A stretch of 64,000 bases of DNA from Octopus sinensis (lineage: Eukaryota), in assembly GCF_006345805.1 (NCBI RefSeq), contig NC_043006.1, positions 104,346,001 through 104,410,000 of the forward strand, written 5' to 3'. The position numbers were made by a program, and so were the translations under genes. The notes beneath the pieces are model-generated. The model was not told the origin of the DNA. It made no database searches and worked only from the letters and a program-made list of their open reading frames with translations. Below, piece after piece: positions 56,581 to 64,000 of this stretch (positions are counted from its first letter, which is position 1; each line of letters begins with the position of its first letter).

Positions 56581-56769
56581 AGAGGAGAATTCACAAAAAA
56601 AAAACAAAAGACGAAGACAGGTGGTGTAGACAATAAACAGATGTATTAGTATAAAACTCGGGAAGCGAAAAAGTCTTTTAAGTTTCGAGCCTACGCTCTT
56701 ACACAGAAAGGAACACAGAAAGAAATAAGGAGAGAAAATAAAGAATGTGTTGTGGCTAGCGATCTATCA
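56581..56769 (-). mobile_element. Short microsatellite-embedded element with hammerhead-like motif, copy 2
   Basis: Colinear with 4787-4968; motif at 56674-56711 reads CCTTT-CTGTGTA-A-GAGC GTAG GCTC-GAAAC TTA-AAAGA. Confidence 0.7.
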
Positions 56770-56774
56770 CTGCG

Positions 56775-56818
<44 letters not shown>

Positions 56819-56821
56819 TAT

Positions 56822-56974
56822 ATGACTGTGTGGTAAGTAACTTGCTTACAAGCCACATGGTTCCGGGTGCCGTCCCACTGCGTGGCACCTTGGACAAGTG
56901 TCTTCTGCTACAGCCTCGGGCCCACCAAAGACTTGTGAGTGGATTTGGTAGACGGAAACTGAAAGAAGCCTGTC

Positions 56975-57054
<80 letters not shown>

Positions 57055-58050
57055 TATATATATACATATATATATCAAGGGTAAGCGAGTCCGTACACAA
57101 GTCGCCTACACGCTAAAAAAAGACACCAATATCTAACATCTACCTTAAGATATCATCATAACGTACAAACGGGCGTCGTACTCGTGCAAATAAATGAGAC
57201 AGATTCATGAAACGGTTCAATTACGTATCAATTGATTTCAAGATTAAGAGGTAATCCTTTTTTCTATCGACATTGTAATGTAACCCAATCAATGCATACA
57301 ACCTTATTTACATTATTTACAATTGACGGATATATATGTCCTTATCTTTTTTGTTGTTAACACAACGTTTCGGCTGTTCTCTTAAATACAAAACTGTATT
57401 ATCTAATCGGTACGGAGCCGACATTAGACTTCAATGGAGACATACAGAGAAACCCCATCAAAAACAAGCTTGTCTTTGAAACCATCTAACAATCTCTTAA
57501 ATATAGAACTGCAATGCATGTAAATACGAACGAAATGCATACACATGAAACAGAACGGCTCCACAGCGCAAATATACTGTTCGTTCTTACATACGGAACA
57601 CAAATTCAAAAATCTGGTTTCGTTTATTTCGATCCCGTGTTAATAACGAAATAATTCAGCAGTGAATAATTTTGGTTTGAGTGAAATTATATATGTTTAA
57701 TATATTTTAAAATTAAGGATAACATCTATATTAGATTCTATCAGGTAGTTAGCATCCGGTTATGGTTAAATCAATCGATTTATAAATGTATATCAATGGC
57801 AAGCGAGTACGTATTATATATATATATATATGTGTGTGTGTGTTTCTTTGTGTGTCTGTGTTTGTTCCCTCCACCATCACTTACCAACAGATGCTGGTGT
57901 GCTTAGATCCCCGTAATCTCGTGTCTCGGCAAAACAGACACATAAAATAAGTACTAGGCTTACAAAGAACATGTCCTGGGGTCGATTTGTTTGACTATAG
58001 GCGGTGCTCCAGTATGGCCGCAGTCAAATGACTGAAACAAAGAAATGAGT
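56822..58050 (+). mobile_element. Family E SINE halves (56822-56976 and ~57830-58050) separated by ~850 bp
   Basis: 5' half ends GAAAGAAGCCTGTCG(TA)n; 3' half begins after (TA)n(TG)n with GTGTCTGTGTTTG. Confidence 0.75.
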
Positions 58051-58091
58051 AAATATATATAATATATATATATATATATTATATATATATA

Positions 58092-58656
58092 TTGGGTTGT
58101 CCGGAAAGTTCGTTCCGATTTTTAAAGGAAAGAAAAAGGTCAATAAATACTTGCCATTACATTTTCAATGAACCAAATATGAACCACTTTGTTGCACAAT
58201 GCGTCTCTATCTTTCCTTTAACTTGAAAATACCATCTTCCCAGAATTGAGGTGGTTTCATAGCAAATAATTCCTCAGGTATCTTTTTATGTCATCCAAGG
58301 AATTGAAATTTATACCATTAAGACTATTCCGCAGAGACCTGAATAAGTGGAAATCCGAAGGAGCAATATCTGGTGAATATGGAGGGTGGTTTAACACATC
58401 CCAGCCGAGCTGCAGCAATTTTTGTCTGGTTTCCAAAGCATCAAGTTCCGAAAATGAACTTTCTTATCTTCCATTTTAAAGGGTTACAGAATTAACACGG
58501 GTGATAGGAACATAAACCTTCTTCCACGAAAAGATAGCTTAAACTGTGCTCTAAATGGAGGTGTAGTCAAATTCTATTTTATGGACTCAACCATGTTCTA
58601 AAATAAGTCGGAACGTAAGCTACTATAAATCGGCAAGAACTTTCCGGACAACCCAA
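58092..58656 (-). mobile_element. Internally deleted mariner (DD34D) transposon
   Basis: TIRs TTGGGTTGTCCGGAAAGTTCGTTCCGATTT / AAATCGGCAAGAACTTTCCGGACAACCCAA with TA TSD. Minus strand MEDKKVHFRNLML is joined to TRQKLLQLGWDVLNHPPYSPDIAPSDFHLFRSL. Confidence 0.93.
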
Positions 58657-59254
58657 TAAAAACATTGACAATAAGAATACAATAAACTCGTCATGAGGTG
58701 ACATTCCCAAAATCGAACGCTTCAGAGAGTCTTTCTTTAAGGGAAAGTTGACAGTATTCTTCGTATTGATTTTACTAAGGAACAAAAATCTTCTGCACGC
58801 AGACCAAGAAGAGAAAGTTCGATTTTTCCCCGTCTGGCACTTATCAGATTTAGATAAGTGCCATGAACAAATCTTTTAGCTCTTGAATCAATTTTTTCCG
58901 ATTAAATATTAAATTTACATATACCCGTGTATAACGTGTGAGATTAAGTTAAAATGCATATAAAAGACAGAGACAGATAAGTGTTTAGATCGGATGAAAT
59001 ACGTTAAATTCACCGACAAACGAAGGGGAACAAAATCCAGATAAGCAAGATTCACCTATACGAAATGTAACGATTTATTATTTCCCTCCGATGACACTTC
59101 TAAATTTGTTATTTTATATATACTTCACAGACACCAATTTACTATGAGTACGTCCAATGTACGATGCTGCACTTACTGATCACCGATCCCAAGAAACAGC
59201 TGTAAAGTGTTGCCCCGATTCTCCTCTTTCAATTATCTTCTATTCTTTTGTTCT

Positions 59255-59637
59255 TTTTATTCTCTTACTTGTTTCCGTCATTTGACGGCGGCCATGATGG
59301 AGCATCGTCTGAAAGGTTTTAAGTCTAAGAAATGATCCCAGGACTTCTTCTTTGTAAGCCTGCTACTTATTCGTTCGATCACTTTTGCCGAACTGCTAAG
59401 TGACGGGGACGTAAATACACCAGCATCGGTTGTCAAACGATGATATGGGGGGAGGGACAAGTACAGTCACAAAGACACATACACATAGATTTATACATAT
59501 ATATGTATACATATACACACACACACAGACACACACACACACATATATATTGAAAAATTTCTTAGTGGTCAGGCCATAGCGGATCTACTTCTAGCATGAG
59601 GGTTGTCCACATAGTGGTCATGCCTCTTATATGTATG

Positions 59638-59689
<52 letters not shown>

Positions 59690-59845
59690 GACGGGCTTCT
59701 TTCGCTGTCTGTCTACCAAATCCAATCACAAGGCCTAGGTCGGCCCGAGCCAATAGCAGAAACAACACGCCAAAGGTGCTACACAGTGGGACTTAACCCG
59801 GATCCATGTGCTTGGGTGCAATTTTCTCACCATACGGCCACGCCT
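59255..59845 (-). mobile_element. Family E SINE with expanded internal microsatellite
   Basis: Tail half 59255-59480, head half 59690-59845. Confidence 0.82.
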
Positions 59846-60180
59846 GTGTATGAATTCTATATATCTAGGTACTTACGAAGAACTACTAAAAAGGTTTGCC
59901 TCAGTTCTCATCTATCGTATCGATGAGAGTTTATGACATTCATAATAGCTACCTATCTGTAAAAAACTACTATGGACATTGTTTTCTAGTTTTCTCGGTT
60001 TTTTTCCTGGTTAATAACATGTATATATTTCTGCTCAGTTCTGTATAATTATTTTATAAGCGCATGTCCCTCTTATTTTATTGTGCGATACGCTTATCTA
60101 TGGATTTCTATATTTCCTTGTTTGTTCTACCAATCTTGCACATACATATACACACGTACACACTCATGCATACACACACT

Positions 60181-60560
60181 GGGGAGGGGACCAGCCGATG
60201 AGATCGACCCCAGTACGCAACTTAATTTATCGACCTCGAAAGGATGAAACCCATAGTCGACCTGGGCGGAATTTGAACTCAGAACGTAAAGACAGACGAA
60301 ATACCGCTAAGCCCTTCGCCCGGCGTGCTAACGTTTCTTATTTCTTTATTACCCACAAGGGGCTAAACATAGAGGGGACAAACTAGGACAGACAAACGGA
60401 TTAAGTCGATAACATCGACCCTAGTGCGTAACTTGTACTTAAGTTATCGACCCCGAAAGGATGAAAGGCAAAGTCGATCTCGGCGGAATTTGAACTCAGA
60501 ACGTAACGGCAGACGAAATACCGATAAGCAGTTCTAACGTTTCTGCCAGCTCGCCGCCTT
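60181..60560 (-). mobile_element. Nested family A SINE dimer; the upstream copy (60339-60560) carries a Tx1-like 3' tail
   Basis: Minus strand: full head and body, tail TTTGTCCCCTCTATGTTTAGCCCCTTGTGGGTAATAAAGAAATA, then immediately AGAAACGTTAGCACGCCGGG of a second copy lacking its first ~16 nt. Confidence 0.88.
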
Positions 60561-60768
60561 TAGTAAGATAGTATTAACACATCACTGGCGCTGCAATTAG
60601 CTAGCTGGCTGGATACAAATTCCTTATTATGACCACTGCTGTTAAACATTTTTCGTCTGCAACTGGTATATTTTGTGTCTTTAACTCTATACGTCTATAC
60701 GAGATGCTATCTCGAAACGAATACAGCAGGTTTCAAGGCTTTCTACGATGTCTATCTATTTACATATG

Positions 60769-60812
<44 letters not shown>

Positions 60813-60837
60813 TATATATATAAATATGTGTGTGTGT

Positions 60838-60927
<90 letters not shown>

Positions 60928-61579
60928 ATATATGTGTGTGTGTGTCCTCTCTTATTTCACCCTATACAAAACTGCTTCTGTATCCGCGTATGTTGTTTCT
61001 GTCATGTATGGAGTGTGAAAAATCAGTTATTTTAAAATTTCTATATTATTTGTATTTCTCCAAATTCCCAGTAATTCTTTGGGCTTTGGTGCAATCCTTC
61101 TTACGGACACTGTTATGTTATATTACATCACATACGATCGCAAAACTGTAAATGAAATAACTGATTATATGAAAACAGCTGTCTCCTATATGGAAACACA
61201 ACACCTAATTAGCTGTCAAAATGTTGCATTAGTATTTTTGTGCACAAGAAAAAATTAGGCCAATTACTTCATTTTTAATTTTTGGTTCCAAATTAGTTAT
61301 TTATCGATTTTAAATCAGTGTAAACAAAAGTACAATGTTTAATATTACTGCTCTTATATCTTAGACGTAAATTTATAATTTATTCATGATTCCTAGTGTC
61401 AATCGTCGTCTAGACATCAAATCAAGGTAAAATATCATATTAGAAAAGCAGACGAAATAGTTGGCCAGAAATTTGCGGGTGGAAATGACTGTTCAGTACA
61501 ATAGATGTGACTGGGTGGTAAGAAGCTTGCTATTCAAACACTTGGTTGCGGGTTCAGTCGCACAGCGTAGCACTTGGGC

Positions 61580-61703
61580 CAGTGTCGTCCACTATTGTTT
61601 CGGGCCTACTAATTGTTTAGTATGCATGTATATATATACATATGTATGTATATACATGCATACTAAACAATTAGTAGGCCCGAAACAATAGTGGACGACA
61701 CTG
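61580..61703. repeat. 124 bp near-perfect palindrome truncating a family E SINE (SINE head ~61507-61615)
   Basis: One mismatch; centred on TACATATGTA. Confidence 0.95.
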
Positions 61704-61957
61704 TTCTAGCACAACGCTTACCTATTTGGAAGCCTCTTATTGAATTTCTATATGAATACTATATAGTCTAATGACGAATTCGTTTTTTGTGGTAATGATA
61801 ATCTATTATTACCCTATTTTATTATGTTTTATTATATGTATGTATATGTACACACACACAAACACACATATATATATTATATATATAATAAATATATATA
61901 TATATTATATATAATATATATATATATAAATATGTATGTGTATATATATATACATAG

Positions 61958-62010
<53 letters not shown>

Positions 62011-62016
62011 TGTATA

Positions 62017-62062
<46 letters not shown>

Positions 62063-62085
62063 TATAAAATATATATATATATAAA

Positions 62086-62111
<26 letters not shown>

Positions 62112-62117
<6 letters not shown>

Positions 62118-62235
62118 AATTAGATATAAAACCACTATTATGCAACTCAACAGTTTTTTATTTGTTATTTATGTTTTGGTTTATGTCTATCACTGTTTGA
62201 GTTGCCTAATAGTGGTTTTATCTCTAATTTATATT
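62112..62235. repeat. Inverted repeat, 43 bp arms (62112-62154 / 62192-62235), at the start of a (TA)n-flanked island ending ~62315
   Basis: AATATAAATTAGATATAAAACCACTATTATGCAACTCAA pairs with TTGAGTTGCCTAATAGTGGTTTTATCTCTAATTTATATT. Confidence 0.9.
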
Positions 62236-62314
62236 TTGTATATTTATACTTTGAAATTTGATTTAATACTAAATTGAATTTTTCCCTGTAAGTTTGGAGC
62301 TATACTCCCTAATA

Positions 62315-62391
<77 letters not shown>

Positions 62392-62396
62392 CATGT

Positions 62397-63386
62397 AAAG
62401 GACAAGGCCACAAAAAGTGTACGACTACGAGGGAAGACAGGTTGCTGAAGAGGACATCTTTGGCCGATAGGAAAGGACCTCTTCTGACGAAACTGCTGAG
62501 TTTTGGGTGGCAACAAACAAGGAGATATTTACTCGCGCACAGTGAGAAGAAGGTCTTTAGAAGCTGGGCTCAAGGGACGTAATGCTAGAAAGAAGCCGTT
62601 GCGGTTTGGGGTAAACATGAAGATGCAATTGTCCCGGGCAGAAGTGCATAACGATTGATGATGATTGGGAAAAAGTTATTTGATCTGATGAAAATAACTT
62701 CGAGGTAGGTTCACCACATTCAATTCTACCACTATATTAGGCATAATTGTAATCCTACACTTTTATGGGATACCAAATATGACCTGTAATTTTTTTTTCT
62801 CCTCAAGTCTTAGGAACTCCTACAGCTTTTTTGTTCGATGTAGAATAGGGAAGTCTTGCAATCCTGGATGTGTGGTCCCAACAGTCAAATTTGGAGGATG
62901 AAACGTGATGGTTTGGGGCTGCATGTCGTCTTCAGGACCAAAAATGTTGTTCACTTGTGAAGGTACAACGAATTTCAGCACCTACACCAACATGTTAAAG
63001 TTCATCAACAATGCTCCATGCTACGAAGAAAGGGATGAGTGTGATAAAATGGCCCTCTTAATCGCCAGGCCTCAATCCCATTGAACATTTGTGGTCATAC
63101 GTAGGTACAAGATTGAGAGCGCACAAATGTTCTTCAAAAAAGAATTAGAATCGAAACTTCATGAAGACTGACAGAAAATTGACCCCTCTACTTGCGCCAA
63201 CTTCATCTCACGCATGTAAAAATGCACAAAAGCGGTTATATAAGAAGCAAGACACATCAGATACTAATTATTGATGGAATAGACTCAAGACTCAAGAATG
63301 TTTATAATACGATTTTTAATTACCAAGATGTGTTTCAATCATATTCTCTATTATTTCACACTTGCTCCATATTTTTGGCCAAGCGT
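62397..63386 (+). mobile_element. Decayed 5'-truncated Tc1 (DD34E-type) transposon with a probable intron
   Basis: EDRLLKRTSLADRK, SRTVRRRSLEAGLKGRNARKKP, DWEKVI*SDENNFE, VVPTVKFGG*NVMVWGCM, NNAPCY, WPS*SPGLNPIEHLW; right TIR-like end GCTCCATATTTTTGGCCAAGCG then TA. Confidence 0.88.
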
Positions 63387-63699
63387 ATATATATATATAT
63401 GTGTTTTCACATACATGCATATGTGTATATGTGTGTGTGTTTGTGTGCGTATGGGAGTGTGTATGTGCATATGTGTGTATGTGTGTGTGTGTGTGTGTGT
63501 GCGTGTGTGTGTGCGTGCGTCGTGTGTGAATCTGTATTCCACTTATTTAGAACTCCTATTTAAAGCAGTGTTTAATTTCAACCTGATCTCTAGGTTCCTC
63601 TAGGTTACTGTAATCTATATTGAAGTAATAGGATCGTCTGAGAAAAGCATTACTCATTGCAGTATATACGCAAATGATGTATTTACATTTATATATACG

Positions 63700-63762
63700 C
63701 ACACACATAAACACACATATATATATATATGTGTGTGTGTATGTGACCATATTCACATATCT

Positions 63763-63797
<35 letters not shown>

Positions 63798-64000
63798 ATA
63801 TATATATATATATCTATATATATATATATATATATATATGAATGTATGTATATGTATTTATATATGTACATATATATAAACATATATGTACATATATATA
63901 AACATATATATGGACATGCATAAACATATATATACATTCATGCATGCATACATACATGTATATAATACATATATATATATGTATGTATATCATCTATCTA
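63700..64000. repeat. (TA)n-rich compound microsatellite
   Basis: Direct reading; similar tracts at 38116-38320, 47910-48052, 50420-50610, 60770-60945 and 61840-62111. Confidence 0.95.

Overview
Gene-poor, AT-rich, microsatellite-saturated animal DNA. The SINE and microsatellite landscape suggests a coleoid cephalopod such as Octopus (inference, not verified). No host protein-coding gene is confidently recognisable, and nearly all ORFs in the track are translations of simple repeats. The window holds: a ~13.5 kb (TATG)n array with a ~5.1 kb higher-order duplication; a young 5'-truncated Tx1-clade LINE inserted in an (ATCT)n tract; decayed R4/Dong-like, CR1-like, RTE and Penelope-like retroelements; mariner, Tc1, Tc2-like, piggyBac and Helitron non-autonomous elements; many tRNA-type SINEs with interchangeable tails; and two local duplications. 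Three signals stand out. (1) Several unrelated short elements lodged in (TA)n tracts carry minimal hammerhead-ribozyme-like folds with a palindromic or absent stem III, including a two-copy family sharing a non-canonical U at core position 6. (2) A SINE bearing the Tx1 LINE 3' tail sits inside the head of another copy of its own family, suggesting a site-specific LINE/SINE partnership. (3) Fold-back inverted duplications recur next to (TA)n tracts. All alignments and folds were done by eye, so boundaries without TSD or TIR support are approximate.
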